Positions 56,157-64,000 of a stretch of 64,000 bases of DNA are shown one piece after another. The DNA lies in the NCBI GenBank assembly GCA_964521215.1, contig CAZFRD010000004.1, positions 241 to 64,240 of the forward strand, read 5' to 3'. The DNA is from an uncultured Pseudomonadales bacterium (GTDB lineage Bacteria > Patescibacteriota > Microgenomatia > UBA1400 > PJMF01). A program made the position numbers and the translations under genes. The notes under the pieces are model-generated. The model saw only the letters and a list, made by a program, of their open reading frames with translations. It ran no database searches and was not told the DNA's origin. The first letter of the stretch is position 1, and every line of letters starts with the position of its first letter.

Positions 56157-57137
56157 ATGTTTGATTTTAAGCAAAAAAATGTGTTAGTAACCGGAGCAGC
56201 GGGTTTTGTCGGCTCGCATTTGGTGGATGCTTTGCTGGCACAGGGTGCAAGAGTGATCGGCGTTGATAATTATTTAACTGGCAACAAGGTCAATTTGGCA
56301 ACTGCGCTCACATCTAGCAATTTTACCCTGATCCAAGCCGATGTGATTGCTCCCCCCCAAATGTATTTGAGCGATGATTTTGTGCCAGACGTGGTTTTTC
56401 ATTTGGCTTCGCCAGCTAGTCCCCCGCTTTACCAAAAAAATCCAGTCGAAACCTATTTAGTGAATACCATGGGTACCCACCAGCTGCTTAGTTGGTTACT
56501 TGAGCAGTCAGCCGAGCAACCATCCGCGACTCGCTTTGTTTTTTCTAGCACCAGCGAAGTCTATGGTGATCCCCTAGAGCATCCGCAGAAAGAGAGCTAT
56601 TGGGGTAACGTGAATCCCAACGGTGCTCGATCATGTTATGACGAGAGCAAGCGCATGGGTGAAACTATCTGTGGCGTTTTTCACCGAGATTTCGGTTTGG
56701 ATGTACGGATTACTAGAATCTTCAACACTTATGGTCCACGCATGAGTCCCACCGATGGTCGGATTATTCCCAACTTGGTAAGCCAGGCTCGGGCTGGCGA
56801 GCCGTACACGATTTATGGGGATGGGTCGCAGTCACGTTCCTACTGTTTCGTGAGTGATTTGGTTGAAGGTTTGCTCCAGCTCGCTATGGTGGACGAAGCC
56901 AATGGCGCAACGGTTAATCTTGGTAACCCAGAGGAAATGACGATTGTAGAAACTGCCAAGCAAGTTCATGCCAAATTTGCGGTCAATCAAGACCAATTTG
57001 TGATTGTGAATAAGCCACTACCTGCCGATGATCCAGTTCGCAGATGTCCAGATATTACTTTGGCAAAAACTTTACTTGGTTGGCAACCTCAAACGGCTTT
57101 TGCTCAAGGGTTGGTAAAGCTATTTGACCAAAAATAG
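56157..57137 (+). CDS. UDP-glucuronate decarboxylase (UDP-xylose synthase), extended SDR family
   Basis: 'NVLVTGAAGFVGSHLVDALLAQGARVIGVDNYLTGNKVNL' has the UXS-specific 'VDNxxTGxK' motif. 'SSTSEVYGDP...YDESKRMGE' gives the catalytic YxxxK. Confidence 0.85.
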   Translation: MFDFKQKNVLVTGAAGFVGSHLVDALLAQGARVIGVDNYLTGNKVNLATALTSSNFTLIQADVIAPPQMYLSDDFVPDVVFHLASPASPPLYQKNPVETYLVNTMGTHQLLSWLLEQSAEQPSATRFVFSSTSEVYGDPLEHPQKESYWGNVNPNGARSCYDESKRMGETICGVFHRDFGLDVRITRIFNTYGPRMSPTDGRIIPNLVSQARAGEPYTIYGDGSQSRSYCFVSDLVEGLLQLAMVDEANGATVNLGNPEEMTIVETAKQVHAKFAVNQDQFVIVNKPLPADDPVRRCPDITLAKTLLGWQPQTAFAQGLVKLFDQK

Positions 57138-57198
57138 TTTTAAAAAAATAATGATAGTACTATTTTGATCTCTTTTCTGTTACGATAACCAATTCGGT

Positions 57199-58182
57199 AT
57201 GCTTAAAAAGAAGAAAACAGCGACGGTGAGTGTAATAATTCCAACTTTATTGGCGCAGCCAGCATGGCTGCGCCGGACTTTGACTTCTTTAGCCAAACAA
57301 GATTATTCAGGAATATTTTCTGTGTTTGTAGTGGTCAATGCTGGCCAAGCGGTGCTTGATGCTTTTCTGCCGACACTTAAACTGCCACAATCAAATATTA
57401 AACTCGTGTGGTTGGTACAAGGAAAAAATACTGGTTTTACTCATGCGGTGAATCGAGGTATTTTGGCTTCAAAAAGCAAATTGGTGGCGTTGGTGAATGA
57501 CGATGTATGGTTGACGGCCAGCTGGCTGACGGAAATTATTGGCACTTGGCAGCAGACTGGGGCCGATATGATTGCCAGCACGATTTTTACGCCCAAAAAA
57601 CACCCGTTCTCCTGGCCAATGAAAAAAACGCAGTGGCAGTTGGACTCTTGCGGTTTTGATTTTGCTTGGCGCGGTAAAGCCTGGCCATTAACCCCCAATC
57701 AAAAAAATGAGCTCTCCTCGCCTCTTAGTCCCTGTTGGGATAACTGGCTGCAGCATGTGGATTTATTGGGGAAGACAGCTTTTGCGGATACACTTCAGCC
57801 TTTTGGTGCTGATGGGGCTGCAGCCCTTTACACCCGCAAGCTTTTTAACCAAGCTGGTTTGTTTAAACAGTCATTTTTCGCCTACTTGGAAGATGTGGAA
57901 CTTGCCTTACGTGCTAGGCGAGCTGGCTTCGTCTGCCGTTGGTCGCCAAAGGCATTGGCCTACCATGGCAAACATGCTACGTCGACTCAAATGGGCAATT
58001 TCAAGGCAAAACAAGATGTCAAGAACTGGTGGCGCATGCTTCTATCGTTTCCCTTTGATGCCTGGTGGCGATTTGGCGTCAGTATTTTGCTCGAAAGACT
58101 GAGAAATGTCTCGGGGTTGATAAAAAGTGGTAAACTAAACTCATATGAACGACCAACAAATTCCACCAGCACAAAATACTGA
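57199..58182 (+). CDS. Family 2 glycosyltransferase
   Basis: 'TVSVIIPTLLAQPAWLRRTLTSLAKQDY' and 'VALVNDDV' (DxD) match GT2-A fold. Confidence 0.75.
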   Translation: MLKKKKTATVSVIIPTLLAQPAWLRRTLTSLAKQDYSGIFSVFVVVNAGQAVLDAFLPTLKLPQSNIKLVWLVQGKNTGFTHAVNRGILASKSKLVALVNDDVWLTASWLTEIIGTWQQTGADMIASTIFTPKKHPFSWPMKKTQWQLDSCGFDFAWRGKAWPLTPNQKNELSSPLSPCWDNWLQHVDLLGKTAFADTLQPFGADGAAALYTRKLFNQAGLFKQSFFAYLEDVELALRARRAGFVCRWSPKALAYHGKHATSTQMGNFKAKQDVKNWWRMLLSFPFDAWWRFGVSILLERLRNVSGLIKSGKLNSYERPTNSTSTKY

Positions 58183-59215
58183 ATCGGGATTCGAAACAAA
58201 AGTAGAAACTCCAAGAGATTTTGGTGAAGCTTCCCCCATCGTGGAGGAACCCCTTACAAACGCAGAAATTGCAGTAGATAATCAGGATAAAGCTGAAGTT
58301 TTATTTAATGCTGCAGAAAAAAATATTCAACTGATGGTTGAATTAAAGGTCGTGACTCAAGAAACTGCAGAAAATTTCGCAATAAATGGGCTACCCACAA
58401 TCCGCGAACTCCAAACTAGATATAAAGATGTTAAGCAAGAGATAAAAGACCAGCAGGATAGTCAAGTAGATATGACAAACCAGCTTCGAAGTTTGGCAGA
58501 ATGGGCAATCTCTTTGCAATATACGGTAGCCGCATTAATACAAAAAGAATTTAAACCTTTTATGTATAAAACCATTCTTGATATTTCTAGATCACTCAAA
58601 GACCTAAGTGATACAAATTCTAGCAATAATCTCAATCGACTAAAAGAAACGTTCTCTGGGTTAGGTCGTATGGCATCAGTAGTTGAAGAACTTCATGCTA
58701 CGGCAGAACATCATATACGAGAACTCGTAGATCGAGATAAAACCAATCATCTAAGAACAATCTGTGATGGGTATAATGATGAGCTAATTAAATATTTAGG
58801 AAGATCCAACCAATATTTGGCTCAATCAGATCAGAGTAGTCGGGAATTATCACGGTTCATTGAAAATGAGCTTGTGCCAATTATCTCACTGGATCGCATC
58901 CATGCGATTCAATCAAAAATAGAAGAAAGATATCTCGCTAACAAAGCGAAGTTGCAGGACCCGTCTATGACTTCTGCTGGGGCGCCTCAGTGGGAATCGA
59001 CAAAAACTGATACTACCGGTGTTGCCGCTAACCCGTTTTGGAGTAGTGATCAAACGATTGCTGGGGGTTGGCAAAAATCTGACAGTACCCAACCTGGCAG
59101 CATGCTAACTTATGAACCCCAGGTAGGTGAACCTAGTCAAGTTGGTGCTCCAGATGATGAGTTTGATAAATTAGTTGCGGTAGCTCAAGCCAAAAATCCA
59201 ACCTCAACGTCTTAA
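58145..59215 (+). CDS. Hypothetical soluble protein (ORFan, 356 aa; acidic N-terminus, helical core, Ser/Thr/Gln-rich low-complexity C-terminus) embedded in the glycan operon
   Basis: Open frame overlapping the upstream GT2 by 38 nt, followed 23 nt later by the flippase. No recognisable domain. Confidence 0.45.
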   Translation: MNDQQIPPAQNTESGFETKVETPRDFGEASPIVEEPLTNAEIAVDNQDKAEVLFNAAEKNIQLMVELKVVTQETAENFAINGLPTIRELQTRYKDVKQEIKDQQDSQVDMTNQLRSLAEWAISLQYTVAALIQKEFKPFMYKTILDISRSLKDLSDTNSSNNLNRLKETFSGLGRMASVVEELHATAEHHIRELVDRDKTNHLRTICDGYNDELIKYLGRSNQYLAQSDQSSRELSRFIENELVPIISLDRIHAIQSKIEERYLANKAKLQDPSMTSAGAPQWESTKTDTTGVAANPFWSSDQTIAGGWQKSDSTQPGSMLTYEPQVGEPSQVGAPDDEFDKLVAVAQAKNPTSTS

Positions 59216-59238
59216 CCGTTTGCAGTACAATTGAAGCA

Positions 59239-60546
59239 ATGCGTTTGGTTTCTCAAATCTCTAAGAATGCTTTTTTTCGTGGCTCGGCTGTCTTTACCAT
59301 CACTTCATTTGCGGTGAGTGTTTTAAATTATCTCTTCAATCTGATCATCGCTCGTTTTTTTTCTTTGGCAGTGTATGGTGAATATTCAACTGCGTTTTCG
59401 TACTTGGCTCTACTGCTGGTGCCACTTGGTGCATTTAACCTAATCTTGATTAAACGCATTGGTGCCACGGCCGTTACTGACAGATTTGGTTTTATCTTAG
59501 CAATAGAAGCGTGGGTAGTTCGGTTACTAACGAAAGTTTGGCTACCAATACTGAGTTTGGTTGTAGTGGGAGCGCTTTTATTGATTCGGTTCTCAAATTT
59601 GGCAACGACTAGTATCATAATGATCATTTTCTCTGGACTGATAGCTATTTTCACGACTGTGTATGTGGCCGGTTTACAAGCTAGTAAGCGCTTTTTTGCA
59701 TCTGGAACGATACCTGCATTAGGATCAGCACTCAAAATCATTCTTGTTTTAAGCGTGGTTTACGTTTCGGCAAGTTTGGAAAACCTTTATTTAGCTTTGA
59801 TCATCGATAGCGTGATTACCATTGCAATCTATCGATGGTATCTCAAACGCTTTCGTTCAGATTTGCGGTATCATCTACCTTCAATTAGTGTATTAGCTAG
59901 ATACATTAAAAGTAGAACCCTCACAATACCACTGATTGCTACTTTGGGTATGGTTGGTTTGCTGAGTGTGGATGTAATGTTGGTGAAGAAATTCTTTGCG
60001 CCAGCGGATGTAGGTCTTTATGCTGGCTTAGCGTTACTGGGCAAAATCATTTTGTACGTCACGGGACCGATAGCTACAGTTGCTTTTGCTTTTTTTACTG
60101 GGCATGAAAGTAAACACCAGCGCGGGAAAATTCTGTTTATCACCACGGGGCTATTTATTTGCATCGGACTAGTGGCGACGCTGGGATATTTGCTTGTTCC
60201 AAACTTAGTGGTAGGAATAATTTTTGGTCAGCGATTTATGTCAATTGCCAGCACTATTTATGTCGCTGCCATCTTTGGCACTGTCTACTCGTTAGCAAAT
60301 TTATTTGCGCAGTATTATATTTCGCGAGAGGAGCCAGTGGCGATGGCATCACTGGTTTTCTTGGCAGTGCAAGTTGGTGGCATTATTATGTTTCACGAAA
60401 ACTTTAAACAAGTATTACTGGTGGGGACCATAGCTTCAACCGATTTATTTTTGTGTTATTTGGGATTTTTCCTTTGGAAAAACCAGCGGTTAGTCGGGAA
60501 ATGTAAAAAAATTATGCTTAAAACGCTGCGTGGTGTAAGTGACTAA
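59239..60546 (+). CDS. Polysaccharide flippase (Wzx/MOP superfamily)
   Basis: 435 aa with about 12 TM helices. 'AFFRGSAVFTITSFAVSVLNYLFNLIIARFFSLAVYGEYS' is a PST-family N-terminus. Confidence 0.7.
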   Translation: MRLVSQISKNAFFRGSAVFTITSFAVSVLNYLFNLIIARFFSLAVYGEYSTAFSYLALLLVPLGAFNLILIKRIGATAVTDRFGFILAIEAWVVRLLTKVWLPILSLVVVGALLLIRFSNLATTSIIMIIFSGLIAIFTTVYVAGLQASKRFFASGTIPALGSALKIILVLSVVYVSASLENLYLALIIDSVITIAIYRWYLKRFRSDLRYHLPSISVLARYIKSRTLTIPLIATLGMVGLLSVDVMLVKKFFAPADVGLYAGLALLGKIILYVTGPIATVAFAFFTGHESKHQRGKILFITTGLFICIGLVATLGYLLVPNLVVGIIFGQRFMSIASTIYVAAIFGTVYSLANLFAQYYISREEPVAMASLVFLAVQVGGIIMFHENFKQVLLVGTIASTDLFLCYLGFFLWKNQRLVGKCKKIMLKTLRGVSD

Positions 60547-61408
60547 GATCCAAGATGCATGAGTAGTCTCGTTCTAAAATTTCAATTATTGATGGTTGAC
60601 GCAACATGTCTCGCAATTCATCACCTAATAACTGTAGAAACTGATTGCCTGCATCCGGGGAATTATTCAGACAGATCAGCTGGTGTAATTGAGCAATAAA
60701 TGGTGCAATTACGCCAATGTCACGGACTCTTCCCGCACCACCATTCAGTAAGATAAAATTATGCTTCAAAAGATGGTTTCGCCCTTCTCCTTCCCTTAAA
60801 TGGTTTTTTCTTTCATATTTCTTAATGAATTTTGGAATTGCTCCTGGATCAGATTTGACCTGAACAAATATCTGCTCCGATGTCAGTAATTTTTCAATCT
60901 CTGAGTCAATTTTTATGACTATATCTAATCCTTCGCTATTCTCAGTTGATGCCCTACTTATCATGAGAACAAGTAGTATCCAGGGAAAAAGAGACGAGTC
61001 AGATAGTAAATCAAATACAACAATTTCGGATGCAACACCATTAGGCTCGTTAGGTTTTAAAATAGTAACGGAATCGGGAGATAAAGTAAAATGTTTTCTA
61101 TTCACTTTGATATATCTTTTAAGTTTTTCACTTTTCATTAAATATATGTTTAGTTCGCCTGGATTATCCTTGCCACCATTATCATGGTCTTTATCAACAC
61201 TTTCTTGGTCATCAAATTGATCAGGATCACCATATAGGCAATGTCTGATGGAAGCACCCAATGGCATTTGGTCTAAATCACTTCCACCGTAGTGTCGCGC
61301 AATTCTACCGTTTGGTGTGTCAGTGCAAAAAATGCCATCATTATTGATGACACAACAATAGCAACGATTACCTGGAGTGGGTGGGTATTCAATCTCTCTT
61401 GGCTTCAT
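60518..61408 (-). CDS. Hypothetical protein with a Cys/His-rich N-terminal module (possible zinc-binding or nuclease-like finger) and an unknown C-terminal domain
   Basis: 'RCYCCVINNDGIFCTDTPNGRIARHYGG...IRHCLYG' followed by an acidic low-complexity stretch. AT-rich by eye. Has its own extended -10. Confidence 0.45.
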   Translation of the reverse strand: MKPREIEYPPTPGNRCYCCVINNDGIFCTDTPNGRIARHYGGSDLDQMPLGASIRHCLYGDPDQFDDQESVDKDHDNGGKDNPGELNIYLMKSEKLKRYIKVNRKHFTLSPDSVTILKPNEPNGVASEIVVFDLLSDSSLFPWILLVLMISRASTENSEGLDIVIKIDSEIEKLLTSEQIFVQVKSDPGAIPKFIKKYERKNHLREGEGRNHLLKHNFILLNGGAGRVRDIGVIAPFIAQLHQLICLNNSPDAGNQFLQLLGDELRDMLRQPSIIEILERDYSCILDLSHLHHAAF

Positions 61409-61458
61409 CCAAAAATTCTAGGGCAGATGTTTTTTTATGTTCGGTCAATTAGAGCGAG

Positions 61459-61467
61459 ATTATAACA
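61459..61467 (-). promoter_or_regulatory. Extended -10 promoter (TGtTATAAT on the minus strand) about 50 nt upstream of the 60518..61408 gene
   Basis: Plus-strand ATTATAACA is the reverse complement of TGTTATAAT. Confidence 0.3.
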
Positions 61468-61581
61468 GAGAAATCAAGCACATCTTATAGATACAATCTC
61501 TGCGTCTTACCTGTAAGCACCTTGGCGGTGAATGATCGCTAGTGCGAAAACTGTCATAACTGAGAATATTAGCTTATTTTC

Positions 61582-61869
61582 TTAAACAAACCGGATCTCG
61601 AGTCTTTTTCCCAAACCAGTGGCAATTTTTTGTAGAGTAGCGATGGAGGGTAGATAGGTGCCCCTTTCTATTCGAGCCAAGGAAGGTTGTTTAATGCCGA
61701 TGCGTTCGGCCAGTTGGCGTTGGGTAAGTTTGTGCTTGATGCGGGCCTCGATGAGGTTGCGGGTAACCCGGCGCTGATTAGCTCGAGCATCCCAAGCTTT
61801 TTTGAAAGCAGGATCACTCATAAATTCATCGAACACATCTTGGAAAGGTCTAGTAGAACATTTTTTCAT
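61582..61869 (-). CDS. XRE-family HTH protein resembling HigA-2-type type II antitoxins (N-terminal toxin-binding tail plus C-terminal HTH)
   Basis: 'FDEFMSDPAFKKAWDARANQRRVTRNLIEARIKHKLTQRQLAERIGIKQPSLARIERGTYLPSIATLQKIATGLGKRLEIRFV' follows the HigA2 pattern (...L.EFL.DPE.kAeYDAL...IRQLIEAR...LTQ.ELAER.GtkQ..ISRLE.G...PSL.TLQKvA.ALGKRLEI). Confidence 0.65.
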   Translation of the reverse strand: MKKCSTRPFQDVFDEFMSDPAFKKAWDARANQRRVTRNLIEARIKHKLTQRQLAERIGIKQPSLARIERGTYLPSIATLQKIATGLGKRLEIRFV

Positions 61870-61985
61870 ACTTCATATTAAGATAACATAATTGTTATTA
61901 GCTGGCAACTAGTAATTGTTGCGTTTACTGCACAGCCTAACCCGCCAAGCTTTCGCAAAGTGTAGCGAGGGGTTTTTGTAGTAAA

Positions 61986-63596
61986 ATGATTCAAATGAAC
62001 TTGTTCACCCCTTGGGTGTTTGGCGATGAGTATCTCTATCTAAGCAAGGCTCGCAACATTAGTCGCGGCATTGATGTTTTAGCCGATGTGTCTGTGGGTC
62101 ACACCTATCCCCCACTGTATTCGTATTTACTCTCCCTAGTGATGGGTACTGATCCGCTGATTTCCTACCAGCAAGTGCAGTGGCTCAATTTCGGAGTGAG
62201 TCAGTTGCTGATCATCTTGGTGTTCCTCATTCTGAATCGCGTTTTTAGATGGACGGATTCAAAAAAAGGCTGGCTGTGTCTACTTCTGATGTATCTGGTG
62301 GTGGCTTCCAGCGCAATCGTGACCGGCTATTATTTTGTCGCCATGAGCGAAAATCTCTACACACCGCTGATTCTACTTACATTCTCACTGGTGATTTACT
62401 TTTCTAAACTTGGCCACACAATCTACAAGAAACACTTGCTTATGGCTGTTTTGATTGGCCTAGTGGCGGGACTTGCTCTACTCACTAGAACTATTGGTTA
62501 TGTCTTGGTTCCGACAGTAGCTGGCAGTTTGCTGGCTTCTTTTAAACTCACAAAAACCAACCGGCTAAAACTGTTACTCATCGCATTGATTTCAGCTGGA
62601 CTGATACTGGTGGTACAACAAGGATTTACTGCTTGGGAGGCAACCAGAATTGTTCGAACCGGCCTCGTGCAGGCTGAGTACGAAGCGCTTTCCACTGGGT
62701 ATCTTAATGTACTAAAATCGTTGGTATCGGGCACCTTTGATTGGTACATTGCGATCAAAATTGTGGGTAATCACTTGAGCTATCTCTTGTTTGCGACGTT
62801 CTTTTTTCCCGTGCTCTTTTTTATTACTGAAATAGTGACGTTTGTTAAAACTCGCAAAATTGATGCTCCAACCGTCTTTCTCACACTCTTTGGGCTTGGC
62901 TCGATGGTCTTTTCTTTCTTACACTGCTATTTTGGCTTTTCCTTTGATCCCATTCAGCACTCCACTTACTTTCGCTACTTTGATCAAACGGTGTTTTTGT
63001 TTGGGGTGTATGGCTTGTTGAAGCTGTGGCAGTGGCTACAGGGAAAGCAGTCGGTTGATAGAATCGCAGTATTACTTTTTGTTGTGATTAGTTTGGTTAG
63101 TCTTGTGTTTTTACCGCCCAGAGATTTTTACGTGACCTTAAATTCCTTTGGTTGGGCGTGGCTGGATTTGTTTATAAAAAATCAATGGCTGATCAGAGTG
63201 TTGGGCATAGGTTTTGTTGGCTTGAGCTTAGGCTTACTTTGGCACAAAAGACTGTTCTTAGTGTTGCTGCCAATAATGATTATGTTCCAACTGGCTTCAT
63301 TGCCAGTGATCGTGAGAATGCACGAATGGCTTTCTTCAGAAAATCGCCCACTGATAGAACAAGTCCAAGCAGTGGCAGTAAATCAAGGCATTACTGATTG
63401 GTATATAGCTGATGATTACCAAGAAAAGGGATTGCTAGGTAGTCTGTACTTTACCAAGTATCTATTGTTGTTTTATGGGAATGAATTTGAGCCGGTGAAG
63501 ATTGACAGTTTAATTGTTAAACAGGAAAAGAGTAATCCGCAGGTGTTCATTGATCGAAATGAAAATGGAGAAATTGTTTTTAGCAAGAAACTTTAA
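61986..63596 (+). CDS. GT-C fold membrane glycosyltransferase (PMT/ArnT-like)
   Basis: 536 aa with about 13 TM helices. N-terminal loop 'FGDEYLYLSKARNISRG' is a DE motif of GT-C enzymes. Confidence 0.55.
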   Translation: MIQMNLFTPWVFGDEYLYLSKARNISRGIDVLADVSVGHTYPPLYSYLLSLVMGTDPLISYQQVQWLNFGVSQLLIILVFLILNRVFRWTDSKKGWLCLLLMYLVVASSAIVTGYYFVAMSENLYTPLILLTFSLVIYFSKLGHTIYKKHLLMAVLIGLVAGLALLTRTIGYVLVPTVAGSLLASFKLTKTNRLKLLLIALISAGLILVVQQGFTAWEATRIVRTGLVQAEYEALSTGYLNVLKSLVSGTFDWYIAIKIVGNHLSYLLFATFFFPVLFFITEIVTFVKTRKIDAPTVFLTLFGLGSMVFSFLHCYFGFSFDPIQHSTYFRYFDQTVFLFGVYGLLKLWQWLQGKQSVDRIAVLLFVVISLVSLVFLPPRDFYVTLNSFGWAWLDLFIKNQWLIRVLGIGFVGLSLGLLWHKRLFLVLLPIMIMFQLASLPVIVRMHEWLSSENRPLIEQVQAVAVNQGITDWYIADDYQEKGLLGSLYFTKYLLLFYGNEFEPVKIDSLIVKQEKSNPQVFIDRNENGEIVFSKKL

Positions 63597-63607
63597 TACC
63601 GATAATC

Positions 63608-64000
63608 TTACTTAATTAGATCGTTTTCCATAACATTTATTTTAGGAATTTTGGATGAAATATCATAATCCCAAATATACAAGAACTTATTTGTTTCAAA
63701 CTCAATAGCTTTCATTTCAGTTCCAAATTGTTTTCTAAAACTCTCAATTGAGCATGTGTTTGTGTGAATGGAACTACTCGTTTTGTCTACATAAATAAAT
63801 GTTTTTTCAAGATTAAATTCTGGATTATACCATGTGTCAAAAACGAACCAATAAAAGGGGTATACTGTATCATTTAAACAAAGTATCGGACGAATTTTAA
63901 TTGAATTTCTCGTATAGAATGTATTTGAGGATGCATCCCAGTATCCGGCGAATCCTTTTTCTAACGATTCGTTATGAAGTAAATCAATTAGTTTATTATT
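63608..64000 (-). CDS. C-terminal 131 codons of a hypothetical protein continuing beyond the window (not in the ORF track)
   Basis: My manual translation of the minus strand from 64000 gives an uninterrupted frame 'NNKLIDLLHNESLEKGFAGYWDASSNTFYTRNSIKIRPILCLNDTVYPFYWFVFDTWYNPEFNLEKTFIYVDKTSSSIHTNTCSIESFRKQFGTEMKAIEFETNKFLYIWDYDISSKIPKINVMENDLIK*' with stop at 63608-63610. Very AT-rich. Confidence 0.4.
   Translation of the reverse strand, partial: NNKLIDLLHNESLEKGFAGYWDASSNTFYTRNSIKIRPILCLNDTVYPFYWFVFDTWYNPEFNLEKTFIYVDKTSSSIHTNTCSIESFRKQFGTEMKAIEFETNKFLYIWDYDISSKIPKINVMENDLIK

Noticed and set aside
61870-61985. Searched for a RelE/HigB-type toxin ORF upstream of the HigA2-like gene
   Set aside because: There is no ORF above about 30 codons in either frame in the 116-bp gap. 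Only repeat or operator-like sequence is present, so the toxin is absent (an orphan antitoxin).
1-64000. CRISPR arrays, tRNA/rRNA genes, IS elements or integrases
   Set aside because: No short direct-repeat/spacer arrays and no tRNA-like GGTTCGAATCC-type T-arm motifs were found in the intergenic regions. No transposase or integrase motifs appear among the ORFs. The intergenic space is small, under 10% of the window.

Overview
The window is a gene-dense (about 90% coding) bacterial chromosome segment, mostly on the minus strand. Composition looks low to moderate GC by eye; no statistic was computed. It contains three things. (1) A housekeeping stretch: signal peptidase I, parB, rpmA, rplU, a THUMP RNA methyltransferase, a RodA/FtsW-type SEDS protein and ileS. 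(2) A complete division/cell-wall (dcw) cluster in the order mraZ-rsmH-ftsL-ftsI-murE-yvcK-murC-murB-murA-mraY-ftsW-murG-ftsQ-ftsA-ftsZ. (3) Two very large envelope-glycan loci (34.3-47.1 kb and 52.3-63.6 kb), separated by a ruvCAB segment. Together they hold about 7 GT4 and 4 GT2 glycosyltransferases, three GT-C/PMT-like membrane glycosyltransferases, two Wzy/O-antigen-ligase-like proteins, two Wzx flippases, a polyprenyl-phosphate sugar transferase, GDP-mannose pyrophosphorylase, UDP-xylose synthase and an acetyltransferase. The gene content (PMT-like GT-C enzymes with a 'FWLDEA' N-terminus, minimal repair genes, a streamlined dcw cluster) is suggestive of a Patescibacteria/CPR-like organism; that is inference only. 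The signals I consider most worth a second look are: a probable glycine T-box riboswitch in front of glyQS; MraZ-box-like GTGGT repeats at mraZ; a bidirectional terminator between ftsZ and a Thr/Pro-repeat surface protein; four AT-rich plus-strand ORFans sitting inside minus-strand operons, one of them splitting ruvA from ruvB; and an AT-rich terminal segment with a HigA2-like antitoxin-type HTH gene that has no toxin partner, next to a Cys-rich unknown protein carrying its own extended -10 promoter. No rRNA, tRNA, CRISPR or recognisable mobile element was found. I did not find a clear-cut novel system; the candidates are listed in the findings.
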